Shown here piece by piece: positions 28,220-39,202 of a DNA stretch of 64,000 nt. Location: positions 151,964,001 to 152,028,000 of the forward strand of contig NC_058368.1 in assembly GCF_018350175.1 (NCBI RefSeq), read 5' to 3'. A program made the translations under genes and the position numbers. Origin of the DNA: Felis catus (taxonomy: Eukaryota). Under the pieces are notes generated by a model. That model was not told the DNA's origin and did no database searches. It saw only the letters and a list, made by a program, of their open reading frames with translations. Each line of letters opens with the position of its first letter. The first letter of the stretch is position 1.

Positions 28220-30505
28220 GTGTTACAGCTTTTACAATGGGATACTATTCAGCAATAAAAGAATTATCAACTTATGTGAAAAGACATGATGAACCCAAAA
28301 CATTCATTGCTAAAAGAAGACATTTGCAAACAGCTGTATACAGTCTAATTCCAATTATTTGAGCTTCAGTAAAAGGCAATAGAATAGAAAATAGTACAAA
28401 TGACAGTGATTACCAGAGGTGTGGGGTGGATAAGGCTAAGTCAGATAGAGTAGAGCACAGGTATTAGGTAGAGCTTAGGGTATTTTTTTAAGGCAGTAAA
28501 ACTACTTTATGTGACGCTGTAACGGTGGGTATATGGCATTATGCATCGGTCAAAACCCACATAATATTACAAAACAAATGACGGAAATAAAATCACTTAG
28601 GACATCAAAACATCGCAGGAAGGAATGAAAACGGTGACAGCAGAAGCTAGCTGTATTACAAACGCATGAAATGACCTTACTGCAGAGGGTGGGTGTAAAA
28701 GGTCCTGACCTAACTTTAAAATAAACACAGTATATACAACTAAAAATCAAAGGAAATGTACAGATGTACTCTGCTCTAGTTGATAAAGTTGTTTCCCACA
28801 TTGGTACTGGTTAATAATTCTGATAGTGCTATACATGTGTAACGAAACTGAACAATTACATAAATGTCTGGTAGATAGTGACAGATTTCTCACTCAGACC
28901 AGAACTTCACAGATAAGCAAGAAGAGGAAACTACAGTGATCCATGTGTTAAGGGATTAGAGTTGGAAACATCAGTATGAACTCATGTTTAACTTAATATA
29001 CATACAGGTGGTTACATACACAAATATTTATAAATGTGTGTATACACACAGATTTTTATATACATATACATTTCCTCACTCTGTCAGTTGAGAGGACCTA
29101 GAAAAAAAATCACACTCCTGTAGCAATAAGTGAACTAGCACTCAGATCTTGGTTTCTAATAACACTCTCCAATAAATAGAACCAGCATTCCTTGGAGAAA
29201 TGGCTGATCCAAGGACAGGCTGGAAAAATATTAGGTCAATCTGAAGCATCTTGTAGTTCTAGAGTGAGGCTGTTGTCCAAAATAAATACATAAATAAAAA
29301 ACCCAAACCCATATTCTTGAAGGTATGTTAAAGGGACACAGGAGTCAACTGAGGGATCTCTCAACAACCAAAGCTAGAACAATTTGAGTGACAAGATAAA
29401 GTAGCATTGGATTATAACCCAAAATATGAAGTCCATATTGATATAAATAAATGATTGGATAAAAAAGCAAATGGGGAAGGGATTACACCTCTCTTGTAAA
29501 ATTTCAAGTAATTTATGTAAATATTTTACCCTTGAAAAGAGGAGAAACATAAATCCCCACCCCTTAAGTGTGAGCTACACACAATGGAAACATTTCATCA
29601 GCCTGAAAAATACTACCTTAGCCAGGCGATCAAACTCAACAAGAACAGTGATAAGTCATGCTCATAGTATGTATCCGTAATGTCTAGTTATATGTGTCAA
29701 TTTAGCGAAGCTACAGTACTCATTTAATCAAGTACTAATCTAGACATTGCTGTTAAGGTATTCTGTAGATGTTAACACCTACAATCAACTGACTTTAAGT
29801 AAAGGAGATTACCCACCAAAATGTAGGTGGGCCCTATCTAATCAGTTGAAGACTTTAAAGCAAAAACTGAGGTTTCTCCTAGAAAATGAAATTTTGCCTC
29901 AAGATTGCAGCATCAACTCCAGCTTGAGTTTCTAGCCTGTGGACCACCCTACAAACTCACAATTACATGAGCCAATTGCTCAAAAATAATTCTCCTTATA
30001 TAAATCCTGTTGGTTATATTTCTCTGGAGAACTCTGATAACAGTATCCTTGATATGATATGATAAAAATGGCACTTTATCTCCATGGACTTCCTCTCATA
30101 ACCTCGTAACTCCATTTGAATCATTAGAAGAAATTCCGATAGAGGGACATCCTTCAAAATACTTGGTCAATCCTCTTCAAAATTGTCAAGGTCATCTCAT
30201 CGGAAAAAAGCAAAACCTAAGAAATTTTAACAGCCAAGAGTTGCTAAGAAGATATGATGACTAAATGTAATATGGTATCCTGGATGGGATCATGGAGCAG
30301 AAAATGACATTATGTAAAACTAAGGAAATATGAATACAGTAAGGACTTGAACAATGATATATCAATATTAGTTCATTAATTGAGATAAATGTACCATACT
30401 AACTTGACATGTTATTAATAGGGGAAATTGGCTCTGGGTACATGGAATTTCTCTATAGTAGCTTCTCAATTTTCTCTGAACTTAAAACTTCCCTAAAAAC
30501 AGTCT
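28220..30505 (+). mobile_element. L1MC/L1MD-type long 3' UTR, interrupted by an MLT2 LTR
   Basis: TACTATTCAGCAATAAAA, TGGAGAAATGGCTGAT, TAAATGTAATATGGTATCCTGGATGGGATC motifs. Confidence 0.75.
29675..30041 (+). mobile_element. MLT2-type (ERVL) solo LTR
   Basis: TATGTGTCAA, GACTTTAAGTAAAGGAGATTACC, TAATCAGTTGAAG, CCTGTTGGTT...TCTCTGGAGAAC. Confidence 0.8.
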
Positions 30506-30512
30506 ATTATTA

Positions 30513-30635
30513 GGGGGCCTGTGCTGATAGCTCAGAGCCTGGAGCCTGCTTTGGATTCTATATCTCCCTCTCCCTCTGCCCCTCCCCCACTCACACTCTG
30601 TCTCTCACTCAAAAATAAACATTAAAAAAAATTTG
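30513..30635 (+). mobile_element. CAN-SINE, internally deleted
   Basis: 3' half of SINE; TSD CTATTATTA. Confidence 0.85.
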
Positions 30636-30954
30636 TTAAGCCTATTATTAAAAATAATTTAGATTATAATCTAGTCTACTGAGAGAACAAAAATAAGAAT
30701 TCAAAATCTGGGAGATGGTGTCATAATAGATCTTTCATTTAGAAGTGAAATATGTACATTTTTAGCTACATAAATAATTATTTTAATTAGTTTTAAAATA
30801 AAATGTAAATGTAAAAAAACATGAAAAAGAAAATGTTCTATGTAAAACATGAACAATTTAACAATTTAAGAACACAAATACAGGTTGAACATCCAGGGAT
30901 ATATTAGCAAAGCATAGGGGGGAAAGTTTTGGGAGTATAATACTGGGTAAAATT

Positions 30955-31165
30955 GGGGTGCCTGGGTGGCTCAGTCAGTTAAGCATCCGACTTTGGCTCA
31001 GATAATGATCTCACAGTTTGTGAGTTCGAGGCCCGTGTCGGGCTCTGTGCTGACAGCTTGGAGCTTGGAGCCTGCTTCAGATTCTTTGTCTCCTTCTCTC
31101 TCTGCCCCTCCCCAACTTATGCTCTATGTCTCAAAAAATAAATAAGTGTAAAAAAAAATTTAAAA
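30955..31165 (+). mobile_element. CAN-SINE
   Basis: TSD TAATA(C/T)TGGGTAAAAT. Confidence 0.94.
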
Positions 31166-33653
31166 ATAATATTGGGTAAAATAAAATGTTGCTACATTTG
31201 TGCCCAAAAGACAAAAAGATTCCCAAGACTCAGTTTTCCTTGAATATGAGAATTTGAGCAATACAAAGGATGCTTTTTTATTCCAAATTGCTACAAAATT
31301 TAAAAATCAGGGCAGTATCTATGAGAAAAGCAAACAGTAGGCAAATATGAAAAATAGAAAGCAAAATAAAAATGACAGCTGTTAGATCAAAAGTAGCAGC
31401 CATGAATCTAAACAGCAGTTTTAAACTTACTTATTAAATTCCAAGATTATAAATTTGGGTTAGAATTCTGCTTTCTGGAGAAATAAGATTTAAAAAAAAC
31501 AAAAAATACTGAAATATCAAACAGACATAAAAATTATCAGAAAAAAACCTGTAAGATATAGCAGAATGGCAATATTTATCTAAGGTAAACTGGAAATTCA
31601 ATCACAGGAATACAATTGAACCAAAAATTATCCTAACTGATGAACATACACTATTTCTAAAGACTCGGGTCAAAAATTTATTGTATACTCCTTAAATGTT
31701 ATAGCCTACTCAAACAAATTCAGTATATAGAGCCATTTTTTAATTTTAATTAAATGCTGAAGCACTCAAATACTCTATTAGAAGTCTAATATCTTCCTTT
31801 TGAAGACCTCACCCAACACTTCAAATACTGTATTATTTTTCCACATACCAACCAGAGGAAGCCAAAGATCAGTTCACCACCTCCACTGCTTCTTGTTGAC
31901 AACAATGCTGTTTAAGACAGATTTTGCCCTCTGTCAGGTCAGTACTTAGGTTTCCCTGGTTTCTGGATAGTCTGGCATGTTCTTAATGTACACAACTGGG
32001 ATCTGAAGGGAAGAGACTTCAACATCATTACAGAACACATCTACTGCTATAGAGTGACCCTGCTCAGACAATCTTCTTGTATCAAAATCACATTGTACCA
32101 GAGAAACCCTCTGAGACATTTTATGACAAAAATTTGCCTCCATGCCATCATAAGACTTTTGATGTCTGAAAAAACTATAAACAAAAGTATAATGGAAATT
32201 AAAAAAACAAAAACAAAAAAATAAAACTGGAAACAAGGGCCATGAAATAAGTAAATGACACAAGCACCCTACCCCCAAACACAAACATGCACCCACACGC
32301 ACAGAAGCGCACACACACAACTATGAGGCACATGGGAAAATGCTTAACCTCTTTGGTAGGAAAAGCCATGAAAATTATAAACATACATACTTTTACTCGG
32401 CAAACTGGTGAATATTTGAAAAATAATACTCAGTTACAACAAAGATCTGGTGAAATGGGCAGTGTCACATTCTGCCACCAAGTGTGAACTAAGGAGACAT
32501 TTCTGTGAGCCAATGGAAATAAGTGTCTAAAGCATTTACAATGTTCCATGAACCCAATGTGTAGAAATCCATCCCATAAACATTGTTGGAAATACACCAA
32601 TTAATTGAAATATAATGTGCTTATGGTAGTTATTTTTGAAAATAGCAGAACTATGGAAAGCAATCTGTCTAGTTGAAAATGTTAGAGTTTCCAAAAACAG
32701 AAGACCCACTGGTGATATCATTTTCATTGTTTTCAATTTGTTTTTCATCTTCACCATTTTTGTTTTGTTATTTATGACTTAAAGGTTCAAATGTTAAAAT
32801 ACCTAAAAAATGAGTATCATACATATGCTATGTGTACAAGTATAGTCGTAAATATATGGTGGTAATAGCTACAAAAAAACTGAATGATAGCAGATCAAGA
32901 GTGATAAAGTAATACTTGAAGGTAATATGATTTACTAGGTTGTGTTAAGAAAGCTAGTGTTGCCTATTAATTTTGTTCATCTCAATGGAATTTGGTGTTG
33001 TCTTAGCAAAAAAAAAAAAATAGTATCACCTTGGGCTCAGGAATGTATATAAATTTCTTCCAGAAAGAGATGTTAATTATGTATTTTTTACTTTTGAAAA
33101 CCACCTGTATGATGTACTTTTCAGAACTGTATTACCCTCATAAAGATGGGGAAAATGGTCTGTATGGCTACTTGGGTCAATAATGAGCATCACTGTAACT
33201 CCAAAGAATCTTCCAGTATGTTCCCACTCAAAGATGTAGATGCCACTGCCCCTTACAGAAACCAGACTTACCCAGGGGAGGAATGGATACACAGAGGTAG
33301 CACATACCTTTTTTTTTTTTTTTCCATTGTAATACCCCAAGCTTGACTTTAGGTAGAGCACTGAATTCACTACTCAGCTTTCACTCTCAACAAGGACATG
33401 AGACTATACCTAAGTTAACTGATAAAAACTTGAGTTTAAAAGTTGTGTTTAGATTAAGATCTACAAGTTAGTATTCACTTGATAACTACTTTTCGAATGA
33501 ATAATTGGTCCCCACCTAACATTTAAGACACAGAAAATGGTGGGGAGACAAATAAAGGGCAGTGAGATTTCACAGAAAAACCACCAAAGACAGGGGCCTA
33601 GTGTGGGATGTAACTTTTTCTCCTCCTTCCTAGTCATTTCTTGTAATGATTAT

Positions 33654-33993
33654 TGAAATGGCAGGCCTATGCTGGCCGACTCCATCTTGCTCTGTGTCCT
33701 TCACCTTGACCACGCCTCCTCCCCTTGAGTAACCTCCCGCTCACCTGCTTAACAGGACTCCGACCCTTCCCCAGCCAATCGGCTGAGGCCACAGCCATTA
33801 CCTCACCAACTGCCCCTAGGCCCCAGTAAAACCTTCGTCCTTTTGACACTCACTCTCTCTCCCCGGTATCTCACCCCTGCGTTGGTGCAGGTAGGGGATT
33901 GACCTCGAGCTAGCTCGAATAAAGGCTCTTTTGCTTTTATATCGGACTCGGCTCCCTGGCGGTATTTGAGGATCACGAATTCTGGGCATAACA
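33654..33993 (+). repeat. 5' LTR (340 bp)
   Basis: Starts TGAAATG, ends TAACA; CCAAT 33775-33779; TATA-like AGTAAAA 33825-33831; AATAAA 33918-33923; followed by TT and the PBS. Confidence 0.97.
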
Positions 33994-33995
33994 TT

Positions 33996-34013
33996 TGGGG
34001 GCTCGTCCGGGAT
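33996..34013 (+). promoter_or_regulatory. Primer binding site, tRNA-Pro
   Basis: TGGGGGCTCGTCCGGGAT is the MLV-type tRNA-Pro PBS, 2 nt after the LTR CA. Confidence 0.97.
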
Positions 34014-34093
34014 CCCCAAGACCCCCGAAGGACCCCTGACCCGGAGAGCCTGACTGGCCACGTTTAGTGTCTGTTCGTTCCGTCTTTTCTGTG

Positions 34094-34185
34094 TGAGCTC
34101 ATTTCTGAAATTCTGGTAGTGCCCGACACGGTCTAAGTGGACGCACTGGAGGACCACGGGCCGGGAGTTTCGGAAGATGTTCCGA
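34094..34185 (+). promoter_or_regulatory. Core packaging/dimerisation signal (psi)
   Basis: Palindrome TGAGCTCA 34094-34101; hairpin AGTG-GACG-CACT 34136-34147; hairpin TCGGAA-GATG-TTCCGA 34170-34185 (GACG loop with CpG decay). Confidence 0.75.
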
Positions 34186-34523
34186 TCCTCCCTTTTGGAG
34201 GGACATGGAATCCCCTCATCGGTTTTGGAGGGACGTGGAGTCCCCTCATCGGTTTTGGACGGATGAAGAATCCCCTCAAAGGTCTGAGACAAGGCAGGTC
34301 GCTCCTGCCGGTTGGCGTGAGGCCGTCGTCTAGCTTTCTGTTTTGGAGGGACGTGGAATCCCCTCATCGGTTTTGGAGGGATGTGGAATCCCCTCAAAGG
34401 TCTAAGCTAGCTTTCAGTTTTGCTTCCATGGAGTTGGAAGACTTTCTAGGGGCCCTGTGTTTGTCTGTTTCTGTGTTTCTCTGTTTTGTTCTGTGGACTT
34501 ACCGGATGGATGTTATGGGATAG
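34137..34523 (+). CDS. Glyco-Gag-like leader ORF, in frame with the gag ATG, ending at the gag codon-3 stop
   Basis: Open frame from GTG 34137/CTG 34146 runs into gag ATG 34515; hydrophobic FLGALCLSVSVFLCFVLWTY just before gag, as in gammaretroviral gPr80; expression unknown. Confidence 0.55.
   Translation: MDALEDHGPGVSEDVPILPFGGTWNPLIGFGGTWSPLIGFGRMKNPLKGLRQGRSLLPVGVRPSSSFLFWRDVESPHRFWRDVESPQRSKLAFSFASMELEDFLGALCLSVSVFLCFVLWTYRMDVMG
34193..34400 (+). repeat. 30-bp tandem repeat in the proviral leader, 3+2 copies
   Basis: Unit TTTTGGAGGGACGTGGAATCCCCTCATCGG at 34193, 34223, 34253, 34341, 34371. Confidence 0.95.
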
Positions 34524-35866
34524 ACTCACACTACCCCTCTACCCACCCTCTTGGCTTAAGCCCTTCCTAGCCCCACTCCCTCTGGAGCCAAAACCCATTC
34601 TTGCTTTGCAGGGGACAAAGAAGAAGAAAAGTCTTACCCAGCCTTCAGCACCCCTCTACCCTGTCCTACAAGGGGGGACTGAAGAAGAATTAATTTTTCC
34701 TCCCCCGTATAACCCCTCTAGGATGCCGGAAGAACACCATCCTCCCCCTCCAGGGGAGGCAGACACTGTTCCGAGAGCGGGAGGCGGAAACGCTCCAGTG
34801 GGAAGCCCACCCTTTACCAGACAAAGGGCTCAGAGGGAGCAATCCGCCTCCACTGCCGACTCCACTATTCTGCCCCTGTGAGCCACTGGACCCCCAGATG
34901 CGGAGGGGAATCAGCCCCATCACTATTGGCCTTTCGCCACTAGTGATCTCTACAATTGGAAAGCTCAGAATCCTAAGTTTTCCGAGAAACCGGCAGGGCT
35001 TATTGATTTATTAGACTCTTCTTTTTACCCATCAGCCCACGTGGGATGATTGCCAGCAGCTTTTGCAGGTCCTGTTCACGACTGAAGAAAGAGAAAGAAC
35101 CTCAATGAGGCCCAAAAACTAGTTCTGGGAGCAGACGGGAATCCCACCACCAACCAGGCTCAGAAAGATGCCTCCTTCCCCTTAACTCGGCCCCAGTGGG
35201 ATTTCAACACGGCAGAAGGTAAAGAGAGGCTCTGGGTCTACCGCCAGACTCTAATGGGGGGTCTCCAAATGGCTGCTAGAAAGCCAACCAATTTTGCCAA
35301 AGTAGGAAATGTACAACAGGGAAAAGATGAATCTCCAGCTGCCTTTTTAGAGCGGATCATGGAGGCATTCCGTACCTATACCCCCATGGATCCAGAGGCT
35401 CTGGAAAGCAAGGCAGCTGTTATCATGGCCTTTGTAAACCAATCGGCCATAGACATTAGGAGAAAATTACAGAAAATAGATAGACTAGGAGAAAAAAGTC
35501 TGCAGGACTTACTGGTGGTAGCTGAAAAGGTATATAATAACCGGGAGCCTCCTGAGGACAAGCAGGCTCGCGCCATGGCGGCTGCCAGCAGTAAGCAGAC
35601 TCGAGACCTGGCCAGAATACTACTAGCTACCACTGCTGACTTCCCCGAGGAACGAGACCGCTGTCTCCGGTAGCTGGCAGATGACAGACGACGCAAGAAA
35701 AGGTAAAGGAACCACCAAGGGGGGAAAACAGAGGCTGCAGAAAGATCAGTGCGCATACTGCAAGGAGATAGGGCATTGGGCCCGAGGGTGTCTGAAAAGG
35801 GCCGATGGGAAGGGAAGCAACACTGATGAAGTAAAAGACCTAGAGCTAGATGAACTAAGTGATTAG
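34515..35866 (+). pseudogene. gag: gag, disrupted, matrix mostly deleted
   Basis: MG*THTTPL (MGQT-type start) joined to PPSWLKPF; PSAP, LYPVL and PPPY late motifs; [36 protein letters not shown] knuckle CAYCKEIGHWARGC 35750-35791; stops at 34521, 34879, 35671 plus frameshifts. Confidence 0.95.
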
Positions 35867-35923
35867 GGGAGTTGGGGTTCGGACCCTCTCCCCGAACCCA
35901 GGGTAACTCTTAAAGTGGAGGGG
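35864..35923 (+). promoter_or_regulatory. gag-pol amber readthrough signal (pseudoknot)
   Basis: TAG, 8-nt spacer GGGAGTTG, stem GGGTTCGG/CCGAACCC, C-rich loop able to pair with GGAGGGG 35917-35923; same layout as MLV. Confidence 0.8.
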
Positions 35924-38900
35924 ACCCCTGTTGACTTCCTCGTCGACACCGGAGCACAACATTCGGTCCTCCACACCCCACAAGGAAAACTAGCCAGCAA
36001 GAAGTCCTGGGTACAAGAGCAACTGGTATGAGCCAGTATTCACGGACTACCCAAAGAACGGTAGATTTGGGGACGGGCCAGGTATCCCACTCCTTTATGG
36101 TAATACCAGAATGCCCCTACCCACTGTTAGGACGGGACTTACTGACCAAGATTGGAGCTCAGATAACTTTCAGACAAGGGGGGGCCTCAGGTCACTGATG
36201 GCAAGGGCCACCCCATCCAGGTCCTGACCATGAAACTGGAGGATGAATACCACCTCCACGAGGAGGTGCTCCAGAGAGAGGATAATATAGACAGATGGTT
36301 ACAAGAATTCCCCTCGGTTTGGGCAGAGACGGGGGAGATAGGACTAGCCACTCACAGAACCCTGGTCCTGGCAGAGCTCAAGCCAGGAGAGAGTCCGGTA
36401 AGGATCAAACAATACCCCATGTCTCAGGAGGCCCGGAAGGAGATCTAGCCACACATCCGGAGACTACAAAGCCTAGGGGTACTAGTTCCTTGCCAGTCTC
36501 CCTGGAACACCCCCCTACTGCCAGTCAAAAAGCCTCACACAAATGACTACCGACTGGTACAAGACCTCCGGGAAGTAAGTAAGAGGGTCGTGGACATACA
36601 CCCAACTGTTCCCAACCCATATACTCTCTTGAGCTCCTTGGCGCCCTCCAGGGTCTGGTATACTGTACTAGATTTAAAGGACGCCTTCTTCAGTCTGCTG
36701 CTGGCACCCCAGAGCCAACCCTTGTTCACCTTCAAGTGGCATGATCCGGAGGAGGGCTACAGTGGGCAACTCACCTGGACACGGCTACCTCAGGGATTCA
36801 AAAATTCGCCCACCAGCTTCGACGAAGCACTACACGAGGACCTGGGTGAATACAGAAGGGAGCACCCTGGCCTCACCCTCCTACAGTACGTAGATGACAT
36901 CCTGATTGCTGCCGACACGGCCAAAGACTGAGCGAGGGACCCAGGACCTGCTGGCTACCCTGGGGGCCTTTGGGTACTGGGCATCCGCGAAGAAGGCTCA
37001 GATATGCAGGGAGAGGGTAAGTTACCTGGGATATATCCTGGAGGGCGGACAGCAGTGGTTATCAGATGCCAGAAAAGAAACTGTCCTAAAGATCCCTACT
37101 CCCCCCTCCCGAAGAGAAGTAAAGGAATTCTTAGGATCAGCCAGCTACTGCCACCTCTGGGTTCCAGGTTTTGCTGAGATCGCCAGGCCCCTATATGAAG
37201 CTACCAAAGAGGGGAAAACATTTAAATGGGCTGAAAGAGAAGAAACTGCCTTTAATCAGTTAAAAAAGGCCCTCCTAAGTGCCCCAGCCCTGGGCCTACC
37301 AGACATTATGAAGTCCTTCCACCTCTTTGTAGATGAACATAAGGGAATAGCAAAAGGGGTTCTAACTTGAGGTTTAGGCCCCTGGAACCGCCCAGTGGCT
37401 TACCTGTCCAAGAAACTAGACCCAGCGGCTGCCGGCTGGCCACCATGCCTAAGAATTATTGCGGCGACAGCACTCCTAGTCAAGGATGCAGACAAACTGA
37501 CCCTAGGACAGGAGATCTGGATCACGACCCCACACGACATTGAAGGGGTCCTGAAACAGCCTCCTGATAGATGGATGAGCATCACATGTATGACTCGTTA
37601 CCAGAGCCTCCTACTCAACCCTCCAAGAGCGCGGTTCCACCCCAGTGCAGCCCTCAATCCTTCACCAAGGCACTGATGCTGGGAGCTGGAAAATGGCTTA
37701 ACATCTACACAGACAGCCGTTATGCATTTGCCACAGCTCATATTCATGGGGCAATTTATCAGGAGAGGGGGTGGTTACTGATGGCAGAAGGACGGACTAT
37801 ACAAAATAAGCAGGAGATACTTAACCTGCTTACAGCCTTATGGCTTCCTGCCAAGCTAGTCATTACCCACTGCCAAGGGCACCAAAAAGCTGATAACCCA
37901 GTAGCTAGAGGTAATCAAAAGGCTGACCAGGCAGCCAAGGCAGTAGCCCTTATTTCAGTCCCCACCATGACCATACAACTACCAGACCCGGGAGACCCAG
38001 TTTTACCAGACCAGCCCAAATACTCCCAGGAGGAGTTACAGCGGATCAAGAAACTCCCCATGGCCCAGGAGATAAAGGGATGGTGGTATACACCTAACAA
38101 GAAGCTCGTGCTGCCAGACCGGCTCGGAGTCTCAATATTAGAGCATGTGCATCGGTCTACTCACATGGGGGCCCGAAAATTAAAAGACTTAATCCGACAT
38201 GCCAGAATCAAGATTCACCAACAGGACACCAAAATAGAGCAAGTTGTATCTGCCTGCAAGACCTGCCAACTCACCAATGCGAGAGCCACATCAAATAAAA
38301 AAGGAACCAGGCTCAGAGGCACCAGACCGGGAGCCCAATGGGAAGTCGGCTTCACTGAAGTCAAACCAGGAAAGTATGCTTATAAATATCTTTTAGTATT
38401 TACAGACACCTTCTCTGGCTGGGAGGAGGCATACCCAACCAAGCATGAAACGGCTCAGACGGTGGCTAAGAAGCTACTAGAAGACATCTTACCCAGGTAT
38501 GGTTTTCCTGCCATGGTAGGATCAGACAATGGACCAGCTTTTATCTTGCAGGTAACACAGGCAGTAGCCAAGGCGGTGGGGGCAAACTGGAAATTTCATT
38601 GTGCTTATAGGCCCCAGAGCTCAGGACAGGTATAAAGAATGAATAGAACCCTAAAAGAGACCCTTACCAAATTAACCATGGAGACTAGCAGGGACTGGGT
38701 GATTCTCCTATCATACGCCCTTTACCGGGTTAGAAACACTCCTTACACTCTGGGTTTTACTCCCTACGAGATCATGTTTGGCAGGCCACCCCCTGTTATT
38801 CCCAACCTTCGAGCCGAACTTCTTGCTCAGTTTAAAGATCAAGAACTTTTTCTTTCCTTGAGAGGGCTCCAGAGGGCACACGAGGACATTTGGCCGCGCC

Positions 38901-39202
38901 TCCGTGCCATCTACGAGGCTGGCCCAACCCCGACACCTCATCAGTACAGGCCAGGAGACTGGGTCTACGTCAAGAGGCACCACCGAGAGACCCTCGAGCC
39001 GCGCTGGAAGGGACCCTACATCGTGGTGCTGACAACCCCCACCGCTCTCAAAGTAGACGGCATCGCGACCTGGGTCCATCACACCCACGTTTGGCCAGTG
39101 GACCCCTCCTTGATCCGGAAGGACTTCGTCACACGATGGGCCGTCAATCGGGACCAACACAACCCGCTCAAGCTCAAGCTACAGCGCATTCGACCCACCT
39201 AA
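35867..39202 (+). pseudogene. pol: pro-pol (PR, RT, partial RNase H, IN), disrupted
   Basis: FLVDTGA (35945); LPQGFKNSP and YVDD (36887-36898); IYTDSRYAF; IN HHCC, SDNGP and WKGPY motifs; stops at 36446, 37368, 38633, several frameshifts, deletion near 37660. Confidence 0.97.

Noticed and set aside
33816..34397. 193-aa antisense ORF over the 5' LTR and leader
   Set aside because: Explained by the GC-rich, stop-poor 30-bp repeat; no protein motif and no antisense promoter evidence.
34193..34400. CRISPR-like array
   Set aside because: Units are directly adjacent with no unique spacers, inside a retroviral leader in a mammalian genome.
37571..39202. 354-aa and 187-aa ORFs as functional RNase H/integrase
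   Set aside because: RNase H N-terminal half is deleted, the first IN Asp is Gly and the catalytic Glu is a stop.
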